Shown piece by piece: positions 44,004 to 59,499 of a DNA stretch of 64,000 nucleotides. The stretch spans positions 22,196,001 to 22,260,000 of the forward strand of contig OZ059895.1 in NCBI GenBank assembly GCA_964057225.1, written 5' to 3'. Under the pieces are notes generated by a model, which saw nothing but the letters and a program-made list of their open reading frames with translations, was not told where the DNA came from and ran no database searches. Source of the stretch: Auanema rhodensis. Its lineage: Eukaryota > Animalia > Nematoda. Position 1 is the stretch's first letter. Each line of letters begins with the position of its first letter. The position numbers were made by a program, and so were the translations under genes.

Positions 44004-47000
44004 AAATTTTCGTGAACTTCAATTTATGCTAATTAAGTGTACACGTGATGTGCACTTGGTATGTAACTCGCTTCACGTGAAAGATGAAGAGATGCGGTTT
44101 TCAAAATTAGATTCCCCATTTCCATATTAGTCTAAAAACAAATTTTTATTAATATTGGTGAATGGTAACCATGACTTTGAAATTTACGTGAACTTTAATT
44201 TATGCTAATTAAGTGTACACATGATGTGCACTTGGTATGTAACTCGCTTCACGTGAAAGATGAAGAGATGCGGTTTCCAAAATTAGATTCCCCATTTCCA
44301 TATTAGTCTAAAAACAAATTTTTATTGATATTGGTGCATGGTAACCATGACTTTGAAATTTTCGTGAACTTCAATTTATGCTAATTAAGTGTACACGTGA
44401 TGTGCACTTGGTATGTAACTCGCTTCACGTGAAAGATGAAGAGATGCGGTTTTCAAAATTAGATTCCCCATTTCCATATTAGTCTAAAAACAAATTTTTA
44501 TTGGTATTGGTGCATGGTAACCATGACTTTGAAATTTACGTGAACTTCAATTTATGCTAACTAAGTGTACACGTGATGTGCACTTGGTATGTAACTCGCT
44601 TCACGTGAAAGATGAAGAGATGCGGTTTTCAAAATAGATTCCTCATTTCCAAATTAGTCTAAAAACAAATTTTTATTGATATTGGTGCATGGCAACCATG
44701 ACTTTAAAATTTACGTGAACTTTAATTTATGCTAATTAAGTGTACACATGATGTGCACTTGGTATGTAACTCGCTTTACGTCAAAGATAAAGAGATGCGG
44801 TTTTCAAAATTAGATTCCCCATGTCCATATTAGTCTAAAAACAAATTTTTATTAATATTGGTGCATGGTAACCATGACTTTGAAATTTACGTGAACTTTA
44901 ATTTATGCTAATTAAGTGTACACATGATGTGCGCTTGGTATGTAACTCGCTTCACGTGAAAGATGAAGAGATGCGGTTTTCAAAATTAGATTCCTCATGT
45001 CCATATTAGTCTAAAAACGAATTTTTATTGATATTGGTGCATGGTAACCATGACTTTGAAATTTACGTGAACTTTAATTCATGTTTATTAAGTGTACACG
45101 TGATGTGCACTCGGTATGTAACTCGCTTCACGTGACAGATAAAGGGATGCGGTTTTCAAAATTAGATTCCTCATGTCCATATTAGTCTAAAAACAAATTT
45201 TTATTGATATTGGTGCATGGTAACCATGACTTTGAAATTTACGTGAACTTTAATTTATGCTAATTAAGTGTACACCTGATGTGCACTTGGTATGTAACTC
45301 GCTTCACGTGAAAGATAAAGAGATGCGGTTTTCAAAATTAGATTCCCCATTTCCATATTAGTCTAAAAACGAATTTTTATTGATATTGGTGCATGGTAAC
45401 CATGACTTTGAAATTTACGTGAACTTTAATTTATGCTTATTAAGTGTACACGTGATGTGCACTTGGTATGTAACTCGCTTCACGTGAAAGATAAAGAGAT
45501 GCGGTTTTCAAAATTAGATTCCCCATGTCCATATTAGTCTAAAAACAAATTTTTATTAATATTGGTGCATGGTAACCATGACTTTGAAATTTACGTGAAC
45601 TTTAATTTATGCTAATTAAGTGTACACATGATGTGCACTTGGTATGTAACTCGCTTCACGTCAAAGATAAAGAGATGCGGTTTTCAAAATTAGATTCCCC
45701 ATGTCCATATTAGTCTAAAAACAAATTTTTATTAATATTGGTGCATGGTAACCATGACTTTGAAATTTACGTGAACTTTAATTTATGCTAATTAAGTGTA
45801 CACATGATGTGCACTTGGTATGTAACTCGCTTCACGTGAAAGATGAAGAGATGCGGTTTTCAAAATTAGATTCCTCATGACCATATTAGTCTAAAAACGA
45901 ATTTTTATTAATATTGGTGCATGGTAACCATGACTTTGAAATTTACGTGAACTTTAATTTATGCTAATTAAGTGTACACATGATGTGCACTTGGTATGTA
46001 ACTCGCTTCACGTGAAAGATGAAGAGATGCGGTTTTCAAAATTAGATTCCTCATGTCCATATTAGTCTAAAAACGAATTTTTATTGATATTGGTGCATGG
46101 TAACCATGACTTTGAAATTTACGTGAACTTAAATTCATGTTTATTAAGTGTACACGTGATGTGCACTTGGTATGTAACTCGCTTCACGTGAAAGATAAAG
46201 GGATGCGGTTTTCAAAATTAGATTCCTCATGTCCATATTAGTCTAAAAACAAATTTTTATTAATATTGGTGCATGGTAACCATGACTTTGAAATTTACGT
46301 GAACTTTAATTTATGCTAATTAAGTGTACACATGATGTGCACTTGGTATGTAACTCGCTTCACGTGAAAGATGAAGAGATGCGGTTTTCAAAATTAGATT
46401 CCCCATTTCCATATTAGTCTAAAAACGAATTTTTATTGATATTGGTGCATGGTAACCATGACTTTGAAATTTACGTGAACTTTAATTTATGCTAATTAAG
46501 TGTACACATGATGTGCACTTGGTATGTAACTCGCTTCACGTGAAAGATGAAGAGATGCGGTTTTCAAAATTAGATTCCTCATGTCCATATTAGTCTAAAA
46601 ACGAATTTTTATTAATATTGGTGCATGGTAACCATGACTTTGAAATTTACGTGAACTTTAATTTATGCTAATTAAGTGTACACATGATGTGCACTTGGTA
46701 TGTAACTCGCTTCACGTGAAAGATGAAGAGATGCGGTTTCCAAAAAAATTAGATTCCTCATGTCCATATTAGTCTAAAAACGATTTTTTATTGATATTGG
46801 TGCATGGTAACCATGACTTTGAAATTTACGTGAACTTTAATTTATGCTAATTAAGTGTACACATGATGTGCGCTTGGTATGTAACTCGCTTCACGTTAAA
46901 GATAAAGAGATGCGGTTTTCAAAATTAGATTCCCCATTTCCATATTAGTCTAAAAACAAATTTGTATTGATATTGGTGCATGGCAACCATGACTTTAAAA

Positions 47001-50000
47001 TTTACGTGAACTTTAATTTATGCTAATTAAGTGTACACATGATGTGCACTTGGTATGTAACTCGCTTCACGTCAAAGATAAAGAGATGCGGTTTTCAAAA
47101 TTAGATTCCCCATGTCCATATTAGTCTAAAAACAAATTTTTATTAATATTGGTGCATGGTAACCATGATTTTGAAATTTACGTGAACTTTAATTTATGCT
47201 AATTAAGTGTACACATGATGTGCGCTTGGTATGTAACTCGCTTCACGTTAAAGATAAAGAGATGCGGTTTTCAAAATTAGATTCCCCATTTCCATATTAG
47301 TCTAAAAACAAATTTGTATTGATATTGGTGCATGGCAACCATGACTTTAAAATTTACGTGAACTTCAATTTATGCTAATTAAGTGTACACGTGATGTGCA
47401 CTTGGTATGTAACTCGCTTCACGTGAAAGATGAAGAGATGCGGTTTTCAAAATTAGATTCCCCATTTCCATATTAGTCTAAAAACAAATTTTTATTGATA
47501 TTGGCGCATGGTAACCATGACTTTGAAATTTACGTGAACTTTAATTTATGCTAATTAAGTGTACACATGATGTGCGCTTGGTATGTAACTCGCTTCACGT
47601 GAAAGATGAAGAGATGCGGTTTTCAAAATTAGATTCCCCATGTCCATATTAGTCTAAAAACAAATTTTTATTGATATTGGTGCATGGTAACCATGACTTT
47701 GAAATTTACGTGAACTTTAATTTATGCTAATTAAGTGTACACATGATGTGCACTTGGTATGTAACTCGCTTCACGTGAAAGATGAAGAGATGCGGTTTTC
47801 AAAATTAGATTCCCCATGTCCATATTAGTCTAAAAACAAATTTTTATTAATATTGGTGCATGGTAACCATGATTTTGAAATTTACGTGAACTTTAATTTA
47901 TGCTAATTAAGTGTACACATGATGTGCGCTTGGTATGTAACTCGCTTCACGTTAAAGATAAAGAGATGCGGTTTTCAAAATTAGATTCCCCATTTCCATA
48001 TTAGTCTAAAAACAAATTTGTATTGATATTGGTGCATGGCAACCATGACTTTAAAATTTACGTGAACTTCAATTTATGCTAATTAAGTGTACACGTGATG
48101 TGCACTTGGTATGTAACTCGCTTCACGTGAAAGATGAAGAGATGCGGTTTTCAAAATTAGATTCCCCATTTCCATATTAGTCTAAAAACAAATTTTTATT
48201 AATATTGGTGAATGGTAACCATGACTTTGAAATTTACGTGAACTTTAATTTATGCTAATTAAGTGTACACATGATGTGCACTTGGTATGTAACTCGCTTC
48301 ACGTGAAAGATGAAGAGATGCGGTTTCCAAAATTAGATTCCCCATTTCCATATTAGTCTAAAAACAAATTTTTATTGATATTGGTGCATGGTAACCATGA
48401 CTTTGAAATTTTCGTGAACTTCAATTTATGCTAATTAAGTGTACACGTGATGTGCACTTGGTATGTAACTCGCTTCACGTGAAAGATGAAGAGATGCGGT
48501 TTTCAAAATTAGATTCCCCATTTCCATATTAGTCTAAAAACAAATTTTTATTGATATTGGTGCATGGTAACCATGACTTTGAAATTTACGTGAACTTCAA
48601 TTTATGCTAACTAAGTGTACACGTGATGTGCACTTGGTATGTAACTCGCTTCACGTGAAAGATGAAGAGATGCGGTTTTCAAAATAGATTCCTCATTTCC
48701 AAATTAGTCTAAAAACAAATTTTTATTGATATTGGTGCATGGCAACCATGACTTTAAAATTTACGTGAACTTTAATTTATGCTAATTAAGTGTACACATG
48801 ATGTGCACTTGGTATGTAACTCGCTTTACGTCAAAGATAAAGAGATGCGGTTTTCAAAATTAGATTCCCCATGTCCATATTAGTCTAAAAACAAATTTTT
48901 ATTGATATTGGTGCATGGTAACCATGACTTTGAAATTTACGTGAACTTTAATTTATGCTAATTAAGTGTACACATGATGTGCACTTGGTATGTAACTCGC
49001 TTTACGTCAAAGATAAAGAGATGCGGTTTTCAAAATTAGATTCCCCATGTCCATATTAGTCTAAAAACAAATTTTTATTAATATTGGTGCATGGTAACCA
49101 TGACTTTGAAATTTACGTGAACTTTAATTTATGCTAATTAAGTGTACACATGATGTGCGCTTGGTATGTAACTCGCTTCACGTGAAAGATGAAGAGATGC
49201 GGTTTTCAAAATTAGATTCCTCATGTCCATATTAGTCTAAAAACGAATTTTTATTGATATTGGTGCATGGTAACCATGACTTTGAAATTTACGTGAACTT
49301 TAATTCATGTTTATTAAGTGTACACGTGATGTGCACTCGGTATGTAACTCGCTTCACGTGACAGATAAAGGGATGCGGTTTTCAAAATTAGATTCCTCAT
49401 GTCCATATTAGTCTAAAAACAAATTTTTATTGATATTGGTGCATGGTAACCATGACTTTGAAATTTACGTGAACTTTAATTTATGCTAATTAAGTGTACA
49501 CCTGATGTGCACTTGGTATGTAACTCGCTTCACGTGAAAGATAAAGAGATGCGGTTTTCAAAATTAGATTCCCCATTTCCATATTAGTCTAAAAACGAAT
49601 TTTTATTGATATTGGTGCATGGTAACCATGACTTTGAAATTTACGTGAACTTTAATTTATGCTTATTAAGTGTACACGTGATGTGCACTTGGTATGTAAC
49701 TCGCTTCACGTGAAAGATAAAGAGATGCGGTTTTCAAAATTAGATTCCCCATGTCCATATTAGTCTAAAAACAAATTTTTATTAATATTGGTGCATGGTA
49801 ACCATGACTTTGAAATTTACGTGAACTTTAATTTATGCTAATTAAGTGTACACATGATGTGCACTTGGTATGTAACTCGCTTCACGTCAAAGATAAAGAG
49901 ATGCGGTTTTCAAAATTAGATTCCCCATGTCCATATTAGTCTAAAAACAAATTTTTATTAATATTGGTGCATGGTAACCATGACTTTGAAATTTACGTGA

Positions 50001-51927
50001 ACTTTAATTTATGCTAATTAAGTGTACACATGATGTGCACTTGGTATGTAACTCGCTTCACGTGAAAGATGAAGAGATGCGGTTTTCAAAATTAGATTCC
50101 TCATGACCATATTAGTCTAAAAACGAATTTTTATTAATATTGGTGCATGGTAACCATGACTTTGAAATTTACGTGAACTTTAATTTATGCTAATTAAGTG
50201 TACACATGATGTGCACTTGGTATGTAACTCGCTTCACGTGAAAGATGAAGAGATGCGGTTTTCAAAATTAGATTCCTCATGTCCATATTAGTCTAAAAAC
50301 GAATTTTTATTGATATTGGTGCATGGTAACCATGACTTTGAAATTTACGTGAACTTAAATTCATGTTTATTAAGTGTACACGTGATGTGCACTTGGTATG
50401 TAACTCGCTTCACGTGAAAGATAAAGGGATGCGGTTTTCAAAATTAGATTCCTCATGTCCATATTAGTCTAAAAACAAATTTTTATTAATATTGGTGCAT
50501 GGTAACCATGACTTTGAAATTTACGTGAACTTTAATTTATGCTAATTAAGTGTACACATGATGTGCACTTGGTATGTAACTCGCTTCACGTGAAAGATGA
50601 AGAGATGCGGTTTTCAAAATTAGATTCCCCATTTCCATATTAGTCTAAAAACGAATTTTTATTGATATTGGTGCATGGTAACCATGACTTTGAAATTTAC
50701 GTGAACTTTAATTTATGCTAATTAAGTGTACACATGATGTGCACTTGGTATGTAACTCGCTTCACGTGAAAGATGAAGAGATGCGGTTTTCAAAATTAGA
50801 TTCCTCATGTCCATATTAGTCTAAAAACGAATTTTTATTAATATTGGTGCATGGTAACCATGACTTTGAAATTTACGTGAACTTTAATTTATGCTAATTA
50901 AGTGTACACATGATGTGCACTTGGTATGTAACTCGCTTCACGTGAAAGATGAAGAGATGCGGTTTCCAAAAAAATTAGATTCCTCATGTCCATATTAGTC
51001 TAAAAACGATTTTTTATTGATATTGGTGCATGGTAACCATGACTTTGAAATTTACGTGAACTTTAATTTATGCTAATTAAGTGTACACATGATGTGCGCT
51101 TGGTATGTAACTCGCTTCACGTTAAAGATAAAGAGATGCGGTTTTCAAAATTAGATTCCCCATTTCCATATTAGTCTAAAAACAAATTTGTATTGATATT
51201 GGTGCATGGCAACCATGACTTTAAAATTTACGTGAACTTTAATTTATGCTAATTAAGTGTACACATGATGTGCACTTGGTATGTAACTCGCTTCACGTCA
51301 AAGATAAAGAGATGCGGTTTTCAAAATTAGATTCCCCATGTCCATATTAGTCTAAAAACAAATTTTTATTAATATTGGTGCATGGTAACCATGATTTTGA
51401 AATTTACGTGAACTTTAATTTATGCTAATTAAGTGTACACATGATGTGCGCTTGGTATGTAACTCGCTTCACGTTAAAGATAAAGAGATGCGGTTTTCAA
51501 AATTAGATTCCCCATTTCCATATTAGTCTAAAAACAAATTTGTATTGATATTGGTGCATGGCAACCATGACTTTAAAATTTACGTGAACTTCAATTTATG
51601 CTAATTAAGTGTACACGTGATGTGCACTTGGTATGTAACTCGCTTCACGTGAAAGATGAAGAGATGCGGTTTTCAAAATTAGATTCCCCATTTCCATATT
51701 AGTCTAAAAACAAATTTTTATTGATATTGGCGCATGGTAACCATGACTTTGAAATTTACGTGAACTTTAATTTATGCTAATTAAGTGTACACATGATGTG
51801 CGCTTGGTATGTAACTCGCTTCACGTGAAAGATGAAGAGATGCGGTTTTCAAAATTAGATTCCCCATGTCCATATTAGTCTAAAAACAAATTTTTATTGA
51901 TATTGGTGCATGGTAACCATGACTTTG
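44004..51927 (+). repeat. Block duplication 44004-47701 copied at 48054-51927 (offset 23 then 24 monomers)
   Basis: Deletions at 44636/48686 are 4050 apart. CGTGACAG 45131/49357, A7 46742/50968 and GGCGCATG 47503/51729 are all 4226 apart. Confidence 0.9.
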
Positions 51928-54900
51928 AAATTTACGTGAACTTTAATTTATGCTAATTAAGTGTACACATGATGTGCACTTGGTATGTAACTCGCTTTAC
52001 GTCAAAGATAAAGAGATGCGGTTTTCAAAATTAGATTCCTCATTTCCATATTAGTCTAAAAACAAATTTTTATTGATATTGGTGCATGGTAACCATGAGT
52101 TTGAAATTTACGTGAACTTTAATTTATGCTTATTAAGTGTACACGTGATGTGCACTTGGTATGTAACTCGCTTTACGTCAAAGATAAAGAGATGCGGTTT
52201 TCAAAATTAGATTCCTCATTTCCATATTAGTCTAAAAACAAATTTTTATTGATATTGGTGCATGGTAACCATGAGTTTGAAATTTACGTGAACTTTAATT
52301 TATGCTTATTAAGTGTACACGTGATGTGCACTTGGTATGTAACTCGCTTCACGTGAAAGATAAAGGGATGCGGTTTTCAAAATTAGATTCCTCATTTCCA
52401 TATTAGTCTAAAAACAAATTTTTATTGATATTGGTGCATGGTAACCATGACTTTGAAATTTACGTGAACTTTAATTTATGCTAATTAAGTGTACACATGA
52501 TGTGCACTTGGTATGTAACTCGCTTCACGTGAAAGATGAAGAGATGCGGTTTTCAAAATTAGATTCCTCATGTCCATATTAGTCTAAAAACAAATTTTTA
52601 TTGATATTGGTGCATGGTAACCATGACTTTGAAATTTACGTGAACTTTAATTTATGCTAATTAAGTGTACACATGATGTGCACTTGGTATGTAACTCGCT
52701 TCACGTGAAAGATAAAGGGATGCGGTTTTCAAAATTAGATTCCCCATGTCCATATTAGTCTAAAAACAAATTTTTATTGATATTGGTGCATGGTAACCAT
52801 GACTTTGAAATTTACGTGAACTTTAATTTATGCTAATTAAGTGTACACATGATGTGCACTTGGTATGTAACTCGCTTCACGTGAAAGATGAAGAGATGCG
52901 GTTTTCAAAATTAGATTCCCCATGTCCATATTAGTCTAAAAACAAATTTTTATCAATATTGGTGCATGGTAACCATGACTTTGAAATTTACGTGAACTTT
53001 AATTTATGCTAATTAAGTGTACACATGATGTGCACTTGGTATGTAACTCGCTTCACGTGAAAGATGAAGAGATGCGGTTTTCAAAATTAGATTCCCTATG
53101 TCCATATTAGTCTAAAAACAAATTTTTATCAATATTGGTGCATGGTAACCATGACTTTGAAATTTACGTGAACTTTAATTTATGCTAATTAAGTGTACAC
53201 ATGATGTGCACTTGGTATGTAACTCGCTTCACGTGAAAGATGAAGAGATGCGGTTTTCAAAATTAGATTCCTCATGTCCATATTAGTCTAAAAACGAATT
53301 TTTATTGATATTGGTGCATGGTAACCATGACTTTGAAATTTACGTGAACTTTAATTCATGTTTATTAAGTGTACACGTGATGTGCACTTGGTATGTAACT
53401 CGCTTCACGTGAAAGATAAAGGGATGCGGTTTTCAAAATTAGATTCCTCATGTCCATATTAGTCTAAAAACAAATTTTTATCAATATTGGTGCATGGTAA
53501 CCATGACTTTGAAATTTACGTGAACTTTAATTTATGCTAATTAAGTGTACACATGATGTGCACTTGGTATGTAACTCGCTTCACGTGAAAGATGAAGAGA
53601 TGCGGTTTTCAAAATTAGATTCCTCATGTCCATATTAGTCTAAAAACGAATTTTTATTGATATTGGTGCATGGTAACCATGACTTTGAAATTTTCGTGAA
53701 CTTCAATTTATGCTAATTAAGTGTACACGTGATGTGCACTTGGTATGTAACTCGCTTCACGTGAAAGATGAAGAGATGCGGTTTTCAAAATTAGATTCCC
53801 CATTTCCATATTAGTCTAAAAACAAATTTTTATTGATATTGGTGCATGGTAACCATGACTTTGAAATTTACGTGAACTTCAATTTATGCTAACTAAGTGT
53901 ACACGTGATGTGCACTTGGTATGTAACTCGCTTCACGTGAAAGATGAAGAGATGCGGTTTTCAAAATAGATTCCTCATTTCCAAATTAGTCTAAAAACAA
54001 ATTTTTATTGATAATGGTGCATGGCAACCATGACTTTAAAATTTACGTGAACTTTAATTTATGCTAATTAAGTGTACACATGATGTGCACTTGGTATGTA
54101 ACTCGCTTTACGTCAAAGATAAAGAGATGCGGTTTTCAAAATTAGATTCCCCATGTCCATATTAGTCTAAAAACAAATTTTTATTGATATTGGTGCATGG
54201 TAACCATGACTTTGAAATTTACGTGAACTTTAATTTATGCTAATTAAGTGTACACCTGATGTGCACTTGGTATGTAACTCGCTTCACGTGAAAGATAAAG
54301 AGATGCGGTTTTCAAAATTAGATTCCCCATTTCCATATTAGTCTAAAAACAAATTTTTATTGATATTGGTGCATGGTAACCATGACTTTGAAATTTTCGT
54401 GAACTTCAATTTATGCTAATTAAGTGTACACGTGATGTGCACTTGGTATGTAACTCGCTTCACGTGAAAGATGAAGAGATGCGGTTTTCAAAATTAGATT
54501 CCCCATTTCCATATTAGTCTAAAAACAAATTTTTATTAATATTGGTGAATGGTAACCATGACTTTGAAATTTACGTGAACTTTAATTTATGCTAATTAAG
54601 TGTACACATGATGTGCACTTGGTATGTAACTCGCTTCACGTGAAAGATGAAGAGATGCGGTTTCCAAAATTAGATTCCCCATTTCCATATTAGTCTAAAA
54701 ACAAATTTTTATTGATATTGGTGCATGGTAACCATGACTTTGAAATTTTCGTGAACTTCAATTTATGCTAATTAAGTGTACACGTGATGTGCACTTGGTA
54801 TGTAACTCGCTTCACGTGAAAGATGAAGAGATGCGGTTTTCAAAATTAGATTCCCCATTTCCATATTAGTCTAAAAACAAATTTTTATTGATATTGGTGC

Positions 54901-57029
54901 ATGGTAACCATGACTTTGAAATTTACGTGAACTTCAATTTATGCTAACTAAGTGTACACGTGATGTGCACTTGGTATGTAACTCGCTTCACGTGAAAGAT
55001 GAAGAGATGCGGTTTTCAAAATAGATTCCTCATTTCCAAATTAGTCTAAAAACAAATTTTTATTGATATTGGTGCATGGCAACCATGACTTTAAAATTTA
55101 CGTGAACTTTAATTTATGCTAATTAAGTGTACACATGATGTGCACTTGGTATGTAACTCGCTTTACGTCAAAGATAAAGAGATGCGGTTTTCAAAATTAG
55201 ATTCCCCATGTCCATATTAGTCTAAAAACAAATTTTTATTAATATTGGTGCATGGTAACCATGACTTTGAAATTTACGTGAACTTTAATTTATGCTAATT
55301 AAGTGTACACATGATGTGCGCTTGGTATGTAACTCGCTTCACGTGAAAGATGAAGAGATGCGGTTTTCAAAATTAGATTCCTCATGTCCATATTAGTCTA
55401 AAAACGAATTTTTATTGATATTGGTGCATGGTAACCATGACTTTGAAATTTACGTGAACTTTAATTCATGTTTATTAAGTGTACACCTGATGTGCACTCG
55501 GTATGTAACTCGCTTCACGTGAAAGATAAAGGGATGCGGTTTTCAAAATTAGATTCCTCATGTCCATATTAGTCTAAAAACAAATTTTTATTGATATTGG
55601 TGCATGGTAACCATGACTTTGAAATTTACGTGAACTTTAATTTATGCTAATTAAGTGTACACCTGATGTGCACTTGGTATGTAACTCGCTTCACGTGAAA
55701 GATAAAGAGATGCGGTTTTCAAAATTAGATTCCCCATTTCCATATTAGTCTAAAAACGAATTTTTATTGATATTGGTGCATGGTAACCATGACTTTGAAA
55801 TTTACGTGAACTTTAATTTATGCTTATTAAGTGTACACGTGATGTGCACTTGGTATGTAACTCGCTTCACGTGAAAGATAAAGAGATGCGGTTTTCAAAA
55901 TTAGATTCCCCATGTCCATATTAGTCTAAAAACGAATTTTTATTAATATTGGTGCATGGTAACCATGACTTTGAAATTTACGTGAACTTTAATTTATGCT
56001 AATTAAGTGTACACATGATGTGCACTTGGTATGTAACTCGCTTCACGTCAAAGATAAAGAGATGCGGTTTTCAAAATTAGATTCCCCATGTCCATATTAG
56101 TCTAAAAACAAATTGTTATTGATATTGGTGCATGGTAACCATGACTTTGAAATTTACGTGAACTTTAATTTATGCTAATTAAGTGTACACATGATGTGCA
56201 CTTGGTATGTAACTCGCTTCACGTGAAAGATAAAGAGATGCGGTTTTCAAAATTAGATTCCCCATTTCCATGTTAGTCTGAAAACAAATTTTTATTGATA
56301 TTGGTGCATGGCAACCATGACATTAAAATTTACGTTAACTTAAATTTATGCTAATTAAGTGTACACGTGATGTGCACTTGGTATGTAACTCGCTTCACGT
56401 GAAAGATGAAGAGATGCGGTTTTCAAAATCAGATTCCCTATGTCCATATTAGTCTAAAAACAAATTTTTATTAATATTGGTGAATGGTAACCATGACTTT
56501 GAAATTTACGTGAACTTTAATTTATGCTAATTAAGTGTACACATGATGTGCACTTGGTATGTAACTCGCTTCACGTGAAAGATGAAGAGATGCGGTTTTC
56601 AAAATTAGATTCCTCATGTCCATATTAGTCTAAAAACGAATTTTTATTGATATTGGTGCATGGTAACCATGACTTTGAAATTTACGTGAACTTAAATTCA
56701 TGTTTATTAAGTGTACACGTGATGTGCACTTGGTATGTAACTCGCTTCACGTGAAAGATAAAGGGATGCGGTTTTCAAAATTAGATTCCTCATGTCCATA
56801 TTAGTCTAAAAACAAATTTTTATTAATATTGGTGCATGGTAACCATGACTTTGAAATTTACGTGAACTTTAATTTATGCTAATTAAGTGTACACATGATG
56901 TGCACTTGGTTTGTAACTCGCTTCACGTGAAAGATGAAGAGATGCGGTTTTCAAAATTAGATTCCCCATTTCCATATTAGTCTAAAAACGAATTTTTATT
57001 GATATTGGTGCATGGTAACCATGACTTTG

Positions 57030-58091
57030 AAATTTACGTGAACTTTAATTTATGCTAATTAAGTGTACACATGATGTGCACTTGGTATGTAACTCGCTTC
57101 ACGTGAAAGATGAAGAGATGCGGTTTTCAAAATTAGATTCCTCATGTCCATATTAGTCTAAAAACGAATTTTTATTAATATTGGTGCATGGTAACCATGA
57201 CTTTGAAATTTACGTGAACTTTAATTTATGCTAATTAAGTGTACACATGATGTGCACTTGGTATGTAACTCGCTTCACGTGAAAGATGAAGAGATGCGGT
57301 TTCCAAAAAAATTAGATTCCTCATGTCCATATTAGTCTAAAAACGATTTTTTATTGATATTGGTGCATGGTAACCATGACTTTGAAATTTACGTGAACTT
57401 TAATTTATGCTAATTAAGTGTACACATGATGTGCGCTTGGTATGTAACTCGCTTCACGTTAAAGATAAAGAGATGCGGTTTTCAAAATTAGATTCCCCAT
57501 TTCCATATTAGTCTAAAAACAAATTTGTATTGATATTGGTGCATGGCAACCATGACTTTAAAATTTACGTGAACTTTAATTTATGCTAATTAAGTGTACA
57601 CATGATGTGCACTTGGTATGTAACTCGCTTCACGTGAAAGATGAAGAGATGCGGTTTTCAAAATTAGATTCCTCATGTCCATATTAGTCTAAAAACGAAT
57701 TTTTATTAATATTGGTGCATGGTAACCATGACTTTGAAATTTACGTGAACTTTAATTTATGCTAATTAAGTGTACACATGATGTGCACTTGGTATGTAAC
57801 TCGCTTCACGTGAAAGATGAAGAGATGCGGTTTCCAAAAAAATTAGATTCCTCATGTCCATATTAGTCTAAAAACGATTTTTTATTGATATTGGTGCATG
57901 GTAACCATGACTTTGAAATTTACGTGAACTTTAATTTATGCTAATTAAGTGTACACATGATGTGCGCTTGGTATGTAACTCGCTTCACGTTAAAGATAAA
58001 GAGATGCGGTTTTCAAAATTAGATTCCCCATTTCCATATTAGTCTAAAAACAAATTTGTATTGATATTGGTGCATGGCAACCATGACTTTA
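57030..58091 (+). repeat. Tandem 3-monomer duplication (2 x 531 bp)
   Basis: A7 insertions at 57305/57836 are 531 bp apart (3 x 176 + 3), with the same flanking unit types. Confidence 0.88.
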
Positions 58092-59499
58092 AAATTTACG
58101 TGAACTTTAATTTATGCTAATTAAGTGTACACATGATGTGCACTTGGTATGTAACTCGCTTCACGTCAAAGATAAAGAGATGCGGTTTTCAAAATTAGAT
58201 TCCCCATGTCCATATTAGTCTAAAAACAAATTTTTATTAATATTGGTGCATGGTAACCATGATTTTGAAATTTACGTGAACTTTAATTTATGCTAATTAA
58301 GTGTACACATGATGTGCGCTTGGTATGTAACTCGCTTCACGTTAAAGATAAAGAGATGCGGTTTTCAAAATTAGATTCCCCATTTCCATATTAGTCTAAA
58401 AACAAATTTGTATTGATATTGGTGCATGGCAACCATGACTTTAAAATTTACGTGAACTTCAATTTATGCTAATTAAGTGTACACGTGATGTGCACTTGGT
58501 ATGTAACTCGCTTCACGTGAAAGATGAAGAGATGCGGTTTTCAAAATTAGATTCCCCATTTCCATATTAGTCTAAAAACAAATTTTTATTGATATTGGCG
58601 CATGGTAACCATGACTTTGAAATTTACGTGAACTTTAATTTATGCTAATTAAGTGTACACATGATGTGCGCTTGGTATGTAACTCGCTTCACGTGAAAGA
58701 TGAAGAGATGCGGTTTTCAAAATTAGATTCCCCATGTCCATATTAGTCTAAAAACAAATTTTTATTGATATTGGTGCATGGTAACCATGACTTTGAAATT
58801 TACGTGAACTTTAATTTATGCTAATTAAGTGTACACATGATGTGCACTTGGTATGTAACTCGCTTTACGTCAAAGATAAAGAGATGCGGTTTTCAAAATT
58901 AGATTCCTCATTTCCATATTAGTCTAAAAACAAATTTTTATTGATATTGGTGCATGGTAACCATGAGTTTGAAATTTACGTGAACTTTAATTTATGCTTA
59001 TTAAGTGTACACGTGATGTGCACTTGGTATGTAACTCGCTTCACGTGAAAGATAAAGGGATGCGGTTTTCAAAATTAGATTCCCCATTTCCATATTAGTC
59101 TAAAAACAAATTTTTATTGATATTGGTGCATGGTAACCATGACTTTGAAATTTACGTGAACTTTAATTTATGCTAATTAAGTGTACACATGATGTGCACT
59201 TGGTATGTAACTCGCTTCACGTGAAAGATAAAGGGATGCGGTTTTCAAAATTAGATTCCCCATGTCCATATTAGTCTAAAAACAAATTTTTATTGATATT
59301 GGTGCATGGTAACCATGACTTTGAAATTTACGTGAACTTTAATTTATGCTAATTAAGTGTACACATGATGTGCACTTGGTATGTAACTCGCTTCACGTGA
59401 AAGATGAAGAGATGCGGTTTTCAAAATTAGATTCCCCATGTCCATATTAGTCTAAAAACAAATTTTTATTGATATTGGTGCATGGTAACCATGACTTTG

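Larger units (their letters stand above)
37484..59499 (+). repeat. Satellite domain 4: markers AATTCATGTTTA, TTTTCGTGAACTTC, CATGACC, CTAACTAAG, TTTGTATTG and TTTCC-A7 179-bp units
   Basis: These markers are essentially confined to this interval, which is built largely from long, near-identical block duplications. Boundaries are approximate. Confidence 0.8.
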
